The translations under genes were made by a program, and so were the position numbers. Shown in pieces: positions 54,757-64,000 of a stretch of 64,000 nt of DNA. The stretch lies in contig JAFMHL010000001.1 of assembly GCA_017854535.1 (NCBI GenBank), positions 27,365 to 91,364 of the forward strand, written 5' to 3'. Under the pieces are notes generated by a model. That model searched no databases. It saw nothing but the letters and a program-made list of their open reading frames with translations, and was not told the DNA's origin. Numbering within the stretch: the stretch's first letter is position 1; each line of letters begins with the position of its first letter. The stretch is from Nitratireductor sp. (GTDB taxonomy: Bacteria > Pseudomonadota > Alphaproteobacteria > Rhizobiales > Rhizobiaceae).

Positions 54757-56550
54757 ATGTCCAAGATGAAACCAAGAGAAACAGTTTTGAAACAATTGGT
54801 GGATGTTGCATCTGGCCGGAAACCTGCTGATTTGGTCGTTCAGAATGGATGCTGGGTTAATGTTCATTCTGGTGAGATCATCCCTAATTCTGATATTGCC
54901 ATCGTCGAAGGGAGGTTTGCCTATTGCGGGCCGGATGCGTCCCATTGCATTGGCCCCAAAACCAAAGTTGTGGATGCTAAGAACCAGTATCTGGTGCCCG
55001 GTTTGTGTGATGCGCATATGCATGTTGAAAGTGGGATGTTGACGGTCACGGAATTTTCGCGCGCCGTCATCCCTCATGGCACTACATCAATGTTTATTGA
55101 TCCTCACGAGATTGCTAATGTGCTTGGTCTTGAAGGTGTTCGATTGATGCATGATGAGGCGATGGGCTTGCCGATCAATGTGTATGTTCAAATGCCATCT
55201 TGCGTTCCCTCAGCGCCCGGTCTTGAAAATGCTGGAGCTTCGCTTGGCCCCAAAGAAGTTGAGGAAGCGATGGGTTGGCCGAACATTATTGGTCTTGGGG
55301 AAGTGATGAATTTTCCCGGAGTTGCGGCAGGCGATAGGAAAATGCTGGGTGAAATTGCGGCGACAAATGCTGCCGGTAAAACGGTGGGCGGACATTATGC
55401 GTCTCCTGATCTTGGCACGGCGTTTCATGCTTATGCTGCTGGCGGACCTGCCGATGATCATGAGGGCACCCGCGCTGAAGATGCCGCCGCTCGTGTGCGC
55501 CAGGGAATGAAAGCGATGTTACGGCTTGGTTCAGCTTGGTACGATGTTGCTGAACAGATAAAAGCCGTTACAGAAATGGGGCTTGATCCGCGAAATTTCA
55601 TTTTGTGTACTGATGATTGCCATTCTGGCACATTGGTCAATGATGGACATATGAACCGTGTTGTTCGCCATGCCATTGCACAGGGATTGAAACCGGTTAC
55701 GGCAATTCAAATGGCTACGCTGAATACGGCGGAGCATTTTGGCTTGGAACGGGAATTGGGCTCTATTACGCCCGGCCGCAGGGCAGACTTTCTATTGGTA
55801 TCGAATTTGGCCGAGCTGACAATTAATGCGGTCTATGGGCGAGGCAAATTGCTGTTTGATGGAAGCCGCCTGACTGCGAAAATGCCGAAATTTGATTACC
55901 CAGAAACTGCAAAAAATACAGTCAATATGAAACGCGATCTCGTTTCAAAAGACTTCCTGATTAATGCACCAAAACAAAGTGCCAAAGCAGATGTGAATGT
56001 GATTGGCGTGATTGAAAATCAGGCGCCGACCAAAGCCTTGATCAAGTCTGTTGCAATCAAAGATGGGCTTGTGCAGATGGATCGGGCGAATGATATTTGT
56101 CAAATCGCGTTGGTAGAACGCCATAGGGCGAAGGGCACAGTTACTAACGGGTTCGTTTCAGGTTTTGGTTATAATAAGGATTGCGCCATTGCTTCAACGG
56201 TCGCCCATGATAGCCATCATATCATCGTCATTGGTACTAACCATGATGATATGGCTGCTGCGGCCAATCGGCTAAAAGAAGTGGGCGGCGGTGTATGTGT
56301 GTATTCTCAGGATGAAGAATTGGCGCTAATTGAGCTACCAATTGCAGGGCTGATGTCAGATGAACCAGCAGAAGTAGTTGCAGCAAAAGCGGACAAGATG
56401 TTTGCTGCCATGGAGGCGATGGGATGCACGCTAAACAACGCCTATATGCAGCACTCACTCTTGGCCTTGGTCGTTATTCCTGAGTTGCGAATTTCAGATA
56501 TCGGTTTGGTGGATGTACGAAAATTTGAGAAAATTGACCTATTCGTCTGA
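54757..56550 (+). CDS. Adenine deaminase
   Basis: About 597 aa. DLVVQNG..., LVPGLCDAHMHVESGM and later amidohydrolase metal ligands, with length typical of Ade. The start is uncertain (54736 TTG, 54757 ATG or 54766 ATG). Confidence 0.75.
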   Translation: MSKMKPRETVLKQLVDVASGRKPADLVVQNGCWVNVHSGEIIPNSDIAIVEGRFAYCGPDASHCIGPKTKVVDAKNQYLVPGLCDAHMHVESGMLTVTEFSRAVIPHGTTSMFIDPHEIANVLGLEGVRLMHDEAMGLPINVYVQMPSCVPSAPGLENAGASLGPKEVEEAMGWPNIIGLGEVMNFPGVAAGDRKMLGEIAATNAAGKTVGGHYASPDLGTAFHAYAAGGPADDHEGTRAEDAAARVRQGMKAMLRLGSAWYDVAEQIKAVTEMGLDPRNFILCTDDCHSGTLVNDGHMNRVVRHAIAQGLKPVTAIQMATLNTAEHFGLERELGSITPGRRADFLLVSNLAELTINAVYGRGKLLFDGSRLTAKMPKFDYPETAKNTVNMKRDLVSKDFLINAPKQSAKADVNVIGVIENQAPTKALIKSVAIKDGLVQMDRANDICQIALVERHRAKGTVTNGFVSGFGYNKDCAIASTVAHDSHHIIVIGTNHDDMAAAANRLKEVGGGVCVYSQDEELALIELPIAGLMSDEPAEVVAAKADKMFAAMEAMGCTLNNAYMQHSLLALVVIPELRISDIGLVDVRKFEKIDLFV

Positions 56551-58026
56551 TTTTTTCGTTTTTGATTTACGCGCCACCTTTGGCACATCAATCAAGTGCG
56601 TGATTGAGTTTGCATAGTATTCCAATAAAAGGCGCTCATTTGGATTGGCTTTGTATAGTCCGTCTTCATCTGTTGTGAGTATATGGCGAAGGGTCAACAT
56701 TCTAATGCCTGTCGTGAGCGTGTAGTCTCGATCCTCGCGGGGAATGTGGACATGGCTCCCATGTTTTTCCAGCTGCTGGATCAATTTGAAGACGAGCGAC
56801 TTCAGTTCCAACTCGCCAATCGATTTGTCCAGATTTTGCAAAAGAACGGTGCTTACAAGCGCAACCGGCAGGACCGGGATAATTGCACCAATTTCGCGCA
56901 ACAATTCTTCGCCAAGTTTTTCGACGCCATCAAAATGGGCTTTTCGGTTTTTCTGATTGATCGTGACATCATTCTCAGAGTGTTTCGAAAAGTCGACCTT
57001 GTTGTTATTTGCAAATGTTGCCAGTGAAATGGGCTTTCCAAAACTCACACAGGCATGGCCATAGCGATATAGCCGCCCTTGAAATCGCAACTTGATCAAG
57101 TTCCAGACGAAGCTTGCAATTGCAGAGAGTTTCACACGAAAGTCTCTTCCCGTTGCTTCTTTTTCCTTTTTGGAAGTTAATATGCGATCTTCCAACACGC
57201 GATCATAATTTATCCCGACCGGGATGAAGATGATATCGCGGTCTTTCTCTGCGTTGAACCCTGCAATCATATAGGATATCAACCCTAGTTTGGGAGCGGA
57301 TAATTTGCCATCCCGTGACAGCCCACCTTCTGGAAATACCGCTTGAGTTACGCCCTCCTTCGTTGCCTTTTGCACATAGCTTGCAAGCACTTTTCGATAA
57401 AGCGGGTTCTTGGAGTTTCTTCGAATGAAATAGGCGCCCATAGAGCGGAACAGGCTTTGTAAGAGCCAGACATTTGCCCATTCGCCTACAGCGTAGGAAA
57501 GGGATGCGCGGTTTGATGCCATATAGGTCACCAACATATAGTCCATGTTAGACCGATGGTTCATAACGAAGACGACGGTTGCGTCTTTTGGAACTTGTTT
57601 CAGTGCGTCATCATTGGTGTAGCCAAGGCGAACCCGATAGACGAATTCTGAAATCCAACGCGCGCCTCTGGTGCCGATGCCGAAATAGGCCAGAGGCGAA
57701 AAAGACGGGACGATTTCTTCGGCGTATTTCTTGGCTTCTTTCATCAACACCATGCGCGGTTTACCGGTGTTTTCATGCTCTAACTCAACCGCATCAATCA
57801 CGTTTTGATCATAGAGTAATTGATCAACCAGCGTTTGTTTGCGCGTGAGTTTGAAAGGACGGATGCGCAAATCAAGTCGGCTGTTCAATTCGTCAATTGC
57901 ATCATTCACGCGACGGCGAAAATACCAACGGACACTTGGCGCAAATATGCGGTCCACCAGTGCTATGGCCGTAAAAATCGCTAGGACGATTACCAGCCAG
58001 ATTGGAATGTCGATGGATTGCGTCAA
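56539..58026 (-). CDS. Phospholipid/glycerol acyltransferase (PlsB/PlsC superfamily)
   Basis: N-terminal TM helix, acyltransferase motif I NHRSNMDY and motif III FPEGGLSRDG. Confidence 0.75.
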   Translation of the reverse strand: MTQSIDIPIWLVIVLAIFTAIALVDRIFAPSVRWYFRRRVNDAIDELNSRLDLRIRPFKLTRKQTLVDQLLYDQNVIDAVELEHENTGKPRMVLMKEAKKYAEEIVPSFSPLAYFGIGTRGARWISEFVYRVRLGYTNDDALKQVPKDATVVFVMNHRSNMDYMLVTYMASNRASLSYAVGEWANVWLLQSLFRSMGAYFIRRNSKNPLYRKVLASYVQKATKEGVTQAVFPEGGLSRDGKLSAPKLGLISYMIAGFNAEKDRDIIFIPVGINYDRVLEDRILTSKKEKEATGRDFRVKLSAIASFVWNLIKLRFQGRLYRYGHACVSFGKPISLATFANNNKVDFSKHSENDVTINQKNRKAHFDGVEKLGEELLREIGAIIPVLPVALVSTVLLQNLDKSIGELELKSLVFKLIQQLEKHGSHVHIPREDRDYTLTTGIRMLTLRHILTTDEDGLYKANPNERLLLEYYANSITHLIDVPKVARKSKTKKSDE

Positions 58027-58091
58027 TCCAGTTCCTTCACAGTTGCCTCTTGCAAAGAGCCTAGCGTGAAAGAAGGATCAAAGGCAATTTC

Positions 58092-58619
58092 TTATCTGCC
58101 GCCTGAAACAGGTTTAAACATGCGAGCCATGATGCCGTCTTTGTTGATGATGAGGTGTTTTAAAGCACCTAAGATGTGTAGGGCGATGAGCGGCATTATG
58201 ACATGACCAGAGATGTCATGGACTTCCTCGAAAAACTCATGAAGGTCGCGGGATCCGCTTATGGGTGAGGGGATTTGAACCAGCCCAAATAGATCCAAAG
58301 ATCGACCAATGCTCCAAGGCAAGAGGTAACCGGTAACCGTGACGACGAGTATGCTTGCTAGAAGTCCCCAAAGTACGATTTGGGAAATCAGATTTAAAAT
58401 TGCGGGTTGATCTGGCTTTTGGTCAAACCCTCGAACCGGCCTGCGGAATACGCGCCAAAGTAAAAACAACCCCAATAGGGCGCCACCGCTAATATGGAAT
58501 GTTTGCATGAAACTTCCGCGATCACCCTCATGGGTGAAGAACAACGCAATTACTGTAAAGGCAGCAATCCAATGAGCGATAATTGAAGTTCGCGAGTAGC
58601 CACTTGAATTTGAAGACAT
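58092..58619 (-). CDS. Cytochrome b561-family membrane protein
   Basis: 175 aa, 4 TM helices, with conserved His residues in TM1 (HW), TM2 and TM4 (HVIMPLIALHILGALKH). Confidence 0.7.
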   Translation of the reverse strand: MSSNSSGYSRTSIIAHWIAAFTVIALFFTHEGDRGSFMQTFHISGGALLGLFLLWRVFRRPVRGFDQKPDQPAILNLISQIVLWGLLASILVVTVTGYLLPWSIGRSLDLFGLVQIPSPISGSRDLHEFFEEVHDISGHVIMPLIALHILGALKHLIINKDGIMARMFKPVSGGR

Positions 58620-58729
58620 CGTTGATCGCTCCTAATTATGTCCATGCAATGTCCAATAAGAATGGATTATACACTCATCTTCAAGTTAGAAAGTTGTAAT
58701 GTTCGGGATGTCGATAACAGCAAAATGTT

Positions 58730-60016
58730 TTAGATGCCGAACTCTGACCAAGGAATAAAATCCAATAAGTCGCCTTTGGATACGTTCGTTACTGCTTCAG
58801 GTATTTCAATTAAACCGTCAGCTTCGCGTAGCCCTGTGATCAATCCAGATCCATCACGGGCGAATTTCTCAAGACCAAAAGCTCCATCGGTGGGAGCATA
58901 TATGCCACGCCAGAATTCACGGCGGTCCGGTTTCTTGTTATTAAAATCAAACAGGGCCGGGACCTTGAAGCGTTTTGGTTCATGCCAATCTGCGCCAGCC
59001 AAGCGAAGCAATGAAGGGCGAACATAAAGCAGGAAGCAGACGAAACAGGCGACAGGATTACCGGGTAATCCGAAGAATAGCGTATCGCCAATTTGCCCAA
59101 AGCTCATTGGACGTCCGGGTTTAACGGCTAACTGCCATAGATGACGCGTACCGAGTTTCTCCAAAGCTGCGATTATATGATCTTCTTCCCCAAGGGATGC
59201 ACCACCGCTGGAAATTACAATGTCATTTGTCTTAGCTGCTTCAGCCAGTTTCGTTTCTATGACATCATAATTGTCAGGCTGAATGCCAAGATCTGTGATT
59301 TCCACCGGAAGCATTTTTAACAGGGATTGAAGCAGGTAACGGTTTGAGTCAAATACCTGTCCAGCTTGGGCTGTTTGCCCCGGTTCTTTGAGTTCATTAC
59401 CACTTGACAAAATAGCAATTCGTAATGGTGAATAGACCTCGACTTTGGACTGCCCTGTAGAGGCGATAGCTGCTATCAGTTGCGGCGTGACTTGCTCACC
59501 AACTTTCGCAATTAGATCGCCCTGCATTAAATCCTCGCCCATGCGTCTTCGGTTTGCGCCCGGTTTCAAGCCTTGGGGAATGACAACGAAATCAGTTCCT
59601 TCTTGGGCATGTGTTTCGCAATCCTCTTGCATGGCAATCGTATCTGCGCCCTCTGGCATAACGGCACCAGTAAAGATGCGCACCGCTGACCATTGGGGAA
59701 GAGGGGACGGATTGATGTCGCCAGCGGCGATGCGTGCAGCAATTAGGAAAAACCCTCCGGCATCATCAAAATCTGAAGCGCGATAAGCATAACCATCTAC
59801 GGCAGAATTATCTGTTGAGGGAATGTTGCGCGTTGCACGGATATCCTCAGCAAGAATTTTGTCCTGCGCTTCGCCTATATTTACCGTCTCTTTCGAAGTA
59901 ATGCCAACCAGCCGTTCTTTCAGAATCTCCAAAGCTTCGTGATGGGGCAAACGTTCTTTGTCATGCAAGAAGCAATCGTTCAAGAGTTTGGAGGCTTTGG
60001 GTGGCTGCTTGCTCAT
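58730..60016 (-). CDS. moeA: Molybdopterin molybdenumtransferase
   Basis: 428 aa. SAVDGYA, TGAVMPEGAD, SGGASLGEEDH and GLPGNPVA are MoeA hallmarks. Confidence 0.85.
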   Translation of the reverse strand: MSKQPPKASKLLNDCFLHDKERLPHHEALEILKERLVGITSKETVNIGEAQDKILAEDIRATRNIPSTDNSAVDGYAYRASDFDDAGGFFLIAARIAAGDINPSPLPQWSAVRIFTGAVMPEGADTIAMQEDCETHAQEGTDFVVIPQGLKPGANRRRMGEDLMQGDLIAKVGEQVTPQLIAAIASTGQSKVEVYSPLRIAILSSGNELKEPGQTAQAGQVFDSNRYLLQSLLKMLPVEITDLGIQPDNYDVIETKLAEAAKTNDIVISSGGASLGEEDHIIAALEKLGTRHLWQLAVKPGRPMSFGQIGDTLFFGLPGNPVACFVCFLLYVRPSLLRLAGADWHEPKRFKVPALFDFNNKKPDRREFWRGIYAPTDGAFGLEKFARDGSGLITGLREADGLIEIPEAVTNVSKGDLLDFIPWSEFGI

Positions 60017-60528
60017 CCGTCAGCCTTTGCACTTTTTAAAATGAAATTTGCGATCTGCCCGATGTCATTGTGTTGAAAGACGGGAAGCTTTGTTTGCGAA
60101 ACTGAATCGGAAGAAATGATGGCTTTTATGCTATTATCATCTGGCCAAAGCGGAGCATCTTTGGCGGCTTCTTTTCTTATCAACTCAATCTTAGAATGGC
60201 CTTCGCGTTTGAACCCCTCAATAAGGATAAGGTCGCACGGAGAGAGTTTGTTCAGAATTTCTGATAGTGGAGGTTCATCCTCGTCTTTCAGCTCATGCAT
60301 CAGGGCCCAACGATTTTTAGAAACCAATGCAACTTCGCCAGCGCCAGCTTTGCGATGTTGCCACGAGTCGGTTCCTTCATGGTCGATATCAAAACTATGA
60401 TGAGCATGTTTAATGGTGGACACCTTCAATCCACGTGCTGAGAACTCGCTGACCAGAGCTGCAACCATTGTGGTTTTACCGGAATTTTTCCATCCAGTAA
60501 CTCCGAAGATAATTGGCTTGTCATTCAT
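60013..60528 (-). CDS. mobB: Molybdopterin-guanine dinucleotide biosynthesis adapter protein
   Basis: 171 aa. GWKNSGKTT P-loop and IKHAHH. Has 4-nt overlaps with both neighbours. Confidence 0.8.
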   Translation of the reverse strand: MNDKPIIFGVTGWKNSGKTTMVAALVSEFSARGLKVSTIKHAHHSFDIDHEGTDSWQHRKAGAGEVALVSKNRWALMHELKDEDEPPLSEILNKLSPCDLILIEGFKREGHSKIELIRKEAAKDAPLWPDDNSIKAIISSDSVSQTKLPVFQHNDIGQIANFILKSAKADG

Positions 60529-61190
60529 AGTGGATTGGTCTCGATGATTTGCTCAGCACGCTTTAAATCGGCTTGGGTATTGATGTTAAAAAATGGATCC
60601 AAAGTTTCGTCGTTGGCAATATGCATGGGGAAATCAACTTTGATCAATGTAAAGCGTTGAACAAAAAGCATCACCTTCCGTTCGTTCTCTTTAACCAGAA
60701 AATTTTCTAATTCTTCAGCCAATGCAATGGGCCATGAGCCAAATACCGGATGGCGATTGCCGTCGCTATAAGCAAGGCAGATCGCTTGATCCTGTTCTTC
60801 TTCCGGCAAGCCTCTCAGTTCTGCTTCAAACCGCTCAACCAAATCTGTCGGAAAAAAGGGTGTGTCAGCAGGAATTGAAATCACCCGCTGGCAGTCTTGT
60901 CTATTTGCTTTTGCCCAAATCATTCCCGCAAGAACGCCAGCCAATGGCCCGGCAAAGCCTTCAACCGTATCTGCCTGAACAGGTTTTCCCATAAATTCAA
61001 AGCGTGTCCCGTCGCCATTGGCGTTGATGATGATTTCGCCTATTTGTACTTTTAGACGCTCATATGCGCGCGAGATAAGCGGTTTACCATCTAGCGTCAT
61101 AAGGCTCTTTTCAGGCCCTTCCATACGCCTTGACAATCCACCAGCCAGAATAACGCCGAGCGTTTTACCGTGTTCGTCTTGATCAGTCAT
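60525..61190 (-). CDS. mobA: Molybdenum cofactor guanylyltransferase
   Basis: Start at MTDQDEHGKTLGVILAGGLSRRM (the LAGGxxxRM motif) and GPLAGVLAG. Overlaps the fdhD stop. The track ORF extends to 61289. Confidence 0.8.
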   Translation of the reverse strand: MTDQDEHGKTLGVILAGGLSRRMEGPEKSLMTLDGKPLISRAYERLKVQIGEIIINANGDGTRFEFMGKPVQADTVEGFAGPLAGVLAGMIWAKANRQDCQRVISIPADTPFFPTDLVERFEAELRGLPEEEQDQAICLAYSDGNRHPVFGSWPIALAEELENFLVKENERKVMLFVQRFTLIKVDFPMHIANDETLDPFFNINTQADLKRAEQIIETNPL

Positions 61191-62064
61191 CGGACGATTT
61201 TCCTTTGCGTCCTGACTTTTTGTCTTCATCTGGAATTGAGGAAGGATCGATATCAAATTCGATACGGTCCAGCCCTGCCAAGGCGACAAACCGCTTGCCT
61301 CTGGCTCGGCCGATAAGGGTCAGATTTGCTTGTTTGGCCAGTTCCACGCCCCAAGCGGTAAAGCCTGAACGGGAAACCAAAATCGGAATGCCCATCATTA
61401 CCGTCTTGATGACCATCTCCGAGGTGAGACGGCCAGTGGTGTAAAACATCTTGTTTGATGGATCGATTTTGTTTTGGAACATCCAGCCAGCGACCTTATC
61501 AACTGCGTTGTGACGACCAACATCTTCCATATAAACCAATGGCTGCTCGCCTTCGCATAGGACGCAGCCATGAATTGCTCCAGCTTTGAGATAAAGACTT
61601 GGTTCGGTGTTGATGGCTTTCGTCAGTTCATAAAGCCATGATGTTTTGAGTTTTGTGTTGCTTGGTAATTTGATGGTTTCAAAAGCATCAATGACATCGC
61701 CAAAGATTGTGCCTTGAGCGCAGCCGGAGGTGCGTACTTTCTTTTTCATTTTTTCTTCAAAATTGGTTTTGTGTCCGGTTCTAACAACAACAACACCAAG
61801 GTCTTCGTCATAATCAACGGCTGTTACTTCATCGCCAATTTTGAGCATATTTTGGTTGACCAAATATCCCAACGCCAGAAGATCAGGCTGGTCCCCGATG
61901 GTCATCATGGTGACTACTTCCTGAGCATTGAGATAAAGCGTCAAAGGGCGTTCTGTAACAACATCAGTGGTTACAGGTTGGCCGTTATGATCAATACCCG
62001 CAATTTGGGTGGACAGGGCAGGGTTGTCCGGATTTGGGCTAACGAGAAACTTGTTTTTCATCAT
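61183..62064 (-). CDS. fdhD: Formate dehydrogenase accessory sulfurtransferase
   Basis: 293 aa. EDVGRHNAVDK and TSGCAQG-type Cys loop. Confidence 0.85.
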   Translation of the reverse strand: MMKNKFLVSPNPDNPALSTQIAGIDHNGQPVTTDVVTERPLTLYLNAQEVVTMMTIGDQPDLLALGYLVNQNMLKIGDEVTAVDYDEDLGVVVVRTGHKTNFEEKMKKKVRTSGCAQGTIFGDVIDAFETIKLPSNTKLKTSWLYELTKAINTEPSLYLKAGAIHGCVLCEGEQPLVYMEDVGRHNAVDKVAGWMFQNKIDPSNKMFYTTGRLTSEMVIKTVMMGIPILVSRSGFTAWGVELAKQANLTLIGRARGKRFVALAGLDRIEFDIDPSSIPDEDKKSGRKGKSSDD

Positions 62065-62346
62065 AACTAACTAGGGTCTGCACTCAATTGGGAGGTCGAT
62101 TTTGTGGAAGACAATTTGTTTGACAGTTAGGCGTAAAGTCGCAGGAAACCTTTCGGTTTTCAAGGGTTTACAACAATGCTGACGATCAAATTGGCCACAC
62201 CGCTTGCGGCGCTGCTAAACGGAAAAACTACTGCGTCAACGCTCTTAACCATGGGATAAACCATGCTTTGCGAGCGTTTCCTAGGATTTTTACCGTTTAT
62301 CAAGCGCAAAATTGATCTCCCAATTGAGTACAGACCCTAGTTTGTT
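62065..62346. repeat. ~280-bp element bounded by 30-36-bp imperfect terminal inverted repeats (MITE-like or a long regulatory palindrome)
   Basis: 62071-62100 reads CTAGGGTCTGCACTCAATTGGGAGGTCGAT. The reverse complement of 62311-62340 reads CTAGGGTCTGTACTCAATTGGGAGATCAAT, a 27/30 match that extends outward 5/6 more. An internal AGGAAAC/GTTTCCT pair is also present. Confidence 0.6.
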
Positions 62347-62425
62347 TGTCTGTGGAGAAAACGCCAAAACAGTTGCGGTTTTGATGATGATGCGGTTTTC
62401 CTCTACCTTCATTTTGGGAAATGCG

Positions 62426-63040
62426 ATGGCAAAACTCTATTTTCATTACGCGACGATGAATGCTGGCAAATCTACTTTGTTGTTGCAGGCATCTTACAAT
62501 TACCGCGAACGTGGGATGAATACGCTGTTATATACGGCCAGATTTGATGATCGCGCTGGGGCGGGGAATATTGGGTCGAGAATTGGCCTGACTGCCGAGG
62601 CGCGAACCTTTAGCAAGGATACAGATCTCTACGTTGAGATCGGCGATCATTTGCTCCATGAGAGGCTCCATTGCGTTTTTGTGGATGAGGCGCAGTTTCT
62701 CAGCAAAGACCAAGTTTGGCAATTGGCGAGGGGCGCTGATCGTTTAGGTGTTCCAGTCATGTGTTATGGCCTTCGTACTGATTTTCAGGGTGAGTTGTTT
62801 GAAGGCTCCAAGGCATTGCTGGCAATTTGCGATGAGATGCGGGAAGTGCGCACGATCTGTCGGTGTGGAAAACGCGCCACTATGGTCGTGAGACTTGGGC
62901 CAGATGGTAAAGTTGTCCGCGATGGGGAACAGGTAGTGATTGGCGGCAATGACCGCTATGTTTCCCTGTGCAGGCGCCATTTTGAAGAAGAAACTGGACG
63001 CTGGCCATCGGAAGATATGGTAGGCTTTAAAGGAGAGTAG
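62426..63040 (+). CDS. tdk: Thymidine kinase
   Basis: 204 aa from MAKLYFHYATMNAGKSTLLLQ (P-loop), VDEAQFL and the Zn-ribbon CxCG...CRRH. Confidence 0.85.
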   Translation: MAKLYFHYATMNAGKSTLLLQASYNYRERGMNTLLYTARFDDRAGAGNIGSRIGLTAEARTFSKDTDLYVEIGDHLLHERLHCVFVDEAQFLSKDQVWQLARGADRLGVPVMCYGLRTDFQGELFEGSKALLAICDEMREVRTICRCGKRATMVVRLGPDGKVVRDGEQVVIGGNDRYVSLCRRHFEEETGRWPSEDMVGFKGE

Positions 63041-63189
63041 CAGAGCTTTCAGGTGATGCCCTTTGAAATTTATCCTTTCAAAAAATTGCTTTTACGAAGG
63101 AATGCAGATTGCCATTATTGGGTGAGGTAAATATGCTTTGCGTAGTTTAGAATTCACCGTCAAAACAATTGATTAGGATTTGGGCAAGC

Positions 63190-63819
63190 ATGGCGCATGA
63201 TCATAGCCAAGATGAACATCACGATCATTCTCATTTGGATGAAATGGATCTGAAGGTTCGTACTTTGGAATCTTTGCTGGTTGAAAAAGGCTATGTGAAG
63301 TCCGAAGCCCTAGATGAAATTGTTGAAACTTATGAATTTCGTGTGGGGCCAAGGAATGGCGCGCAAGTGGTCGCTAAAGCTTGGACTGATAGCGCTTATC
63401 TGGATCGCCTTCGCAAAGATGCTACCGCTGCAATTAGTGAGTTGGGTTTTTCAGGCCGTCAGGGCGAGCATATGCGGGTTGTCGAAAATACGGATGAAAC
63501 CCATAATATGGTCGTTTGCACGCTTTGCTCTTGTTATCCGTGGTCAGTGCTGGGTTTGCCTCCTGTCTGGTACAAGTCCGTGCCTTATCGCTCACGCGCT
63601 GTTATAGAACCAGAAGCAGTACTTGCTGAATTCGGGTTAAAATTGCGAAAAGGCAAAACCATCAAAGTATGGGATTCAACGGCAGAAATGCGATATCTGG
63701 TTATCCCCGAGCGCCCAGCTGGCACCGAAGGATGGAGCGAAGAGGACTTGGCTAAACTTGTGACGCGCGACTCGATGATCGGGACAGGTTTGGCGTTAAA
63801 TCTGGACACATTGTCATGA
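63190..63819 (+). CDS. nthA: Nitrile hydratase alpha subunit, cobalt type
   Basis: [22 protein letters not shown] is the metal-binding claw. Thr in CTLCSC marks the Co type, whereas Fe types have CSLCSC. The ATG at 63190 gives 209 aa. Confidence 0.9.
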   Translation: MAHDHSQDEHHDHSHLDEMDLKVRTLESLLVEKGYVKSEALDEIVETYEFRVGPRNGAQVVAKAWTDSAYLDRLRKDATAAISELGFSGRQGEHMRVVENTDETHNMVVCTLCSCYPWSVLGLPPVWYKSVPYRSRAVIEPEAVLAEFGLKLRKGKTIKVWDSTAEMRYLVIPERPAGTEGWSEEDLAKLVTRDSMIGTGLALNLDTLS

Positions 63820-64000
63820 ACGGCCCGCATGATATGGGCGGCATGCAGTGTTATGGCCCTATCAATCCTGAAACGGACGAGCCGATTTTCCATGGTGAGT
63901 GGGAAAAGAAGGCAATGGCTTTAACGGTCGGCATGGGTTTCACGGGCATGTGGAATATTGATGCTTCGCGGTTTAAACGGGAAAGCTTGCCGCCGGTTCA
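63816..64000 (+). CDS. nthB: Nitrile hydratase beta subunit (N-terminal part, truncated by the window end)
   Basis: The ATG overlaps the alpha stop (ATGA). [34 protein letters not shown] is the canonical beta-subunit N-terminus. It is absent from the ORF track because no stop lies inside the window. Confidence 0.8.
   Translation, partial: MNGPHDMGGMQCYGPINPETDEPIFHGEWEKKAMALTVGMGFTGMWNIDASRFKRESLPPV

Noticed and set aside
62157-62240. 27-codon ORF (MLTIKLATPLAALLNGKTTASTLLTMG) inside the inverted-repeat element
   Set aside because: It is too short, has no RBS and shows no similarity I can recognise. It is probably fortuitous.
63190-63243. His/Asp-rich N-terminus ([18 protein letters not shown]) of the nitrile hydratase alpha subunit as a novel metal-binding tag
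   Set aside because: Similar His-rich N-terminal extensions occur in other Co-type alpha subunits, for example the Pseudomonas putida type as I recall it. It is not novel.
1-64000. CRISPR arrays, tRNA/rRNA genes, IS elements with transposases, toxin-antitoxin pairs or recognisable phage-defence systems
   Set aside because: I found none by eye. There are no regularly spaced repeats, no tRNA-like GTTCGAATC/T-loop contexts, no transposase-like ORFs, and no small paired ORFs with defence-type domains. A proper tRNAscan, Rfam or defence-HMM scan was not possible.

Overview
This is a 64-kb chromosomal window with alphaproteobacterial, marine-heterotroph-like gene content. GC looks moderate but was not computed. 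About 60 protein-coding genes can be supported. I found no rRNA, tRNA or CRISPR array by eye.

Left flank (1-14.4 kb):
- A five-gene same-strand cluster: IPMDH-like dehydrogenase, MBL hydrolase, ABM protein, class-V aminotransferase and a DmdA-like aminomethyltransferase.
- An L-idonate/gluconate module (gntK-idnO, divergent from idnD).
- maeB.
- A PhyH / SDR / deacetylase / amidase group.

Centre (14,558-42,546): a ~28-kb block bounded by a perfect 27-bp direct repeat. The repeat is the 5' coding sequence of dusA. A decayed dusA 5' stub sits at the left junction, and the intact dusA sits at the right junction with a degraded integrase-like remnant just inside it. I read this as an immobilised dusA-integrated genomic island.
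- Its cargo is catabolic and transport-related.
- One operon encodes a TAXI-TRAP system, an IclR regulator, an ACMSD-family hydrolase, an aldehyde dehydrogenase and an FAD monooxygenase.
- A ThDP enzyme is fused in expression to a TauE-type permease.
- There is an MFS/GntR pair.
- A LigM-type tetrahydrofolate-dependent aryl O-demethylase is followed by a DctPQM TRAP system.
- A Liv-type ABC transporter has an ATPase with an unusual ~175-aa tail. It is followed by an aldehyde dehydrogenase, a CalA-like SDR and an orphan flotillin.

Right flank (42.5-64 kb): housekeeping and accessory genes.
- Envelope, signalling and repair genes include an L,D-transpeptidase, a CobT homolog with degenerate motifs, a histidine kinase and DNA-repair genes.
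- Enzymes include a penicillin-acylase-family protein and adenine deaminase.
- It also contains the fdhD-mobA-mobB-moeA operon, a ~280-bp inverted-repeat element, tdk and a Co-type nitrile hydratase cut off by the window end.

All functional calls rest on motif and family recognition from the translated ORFs. No database search was run.
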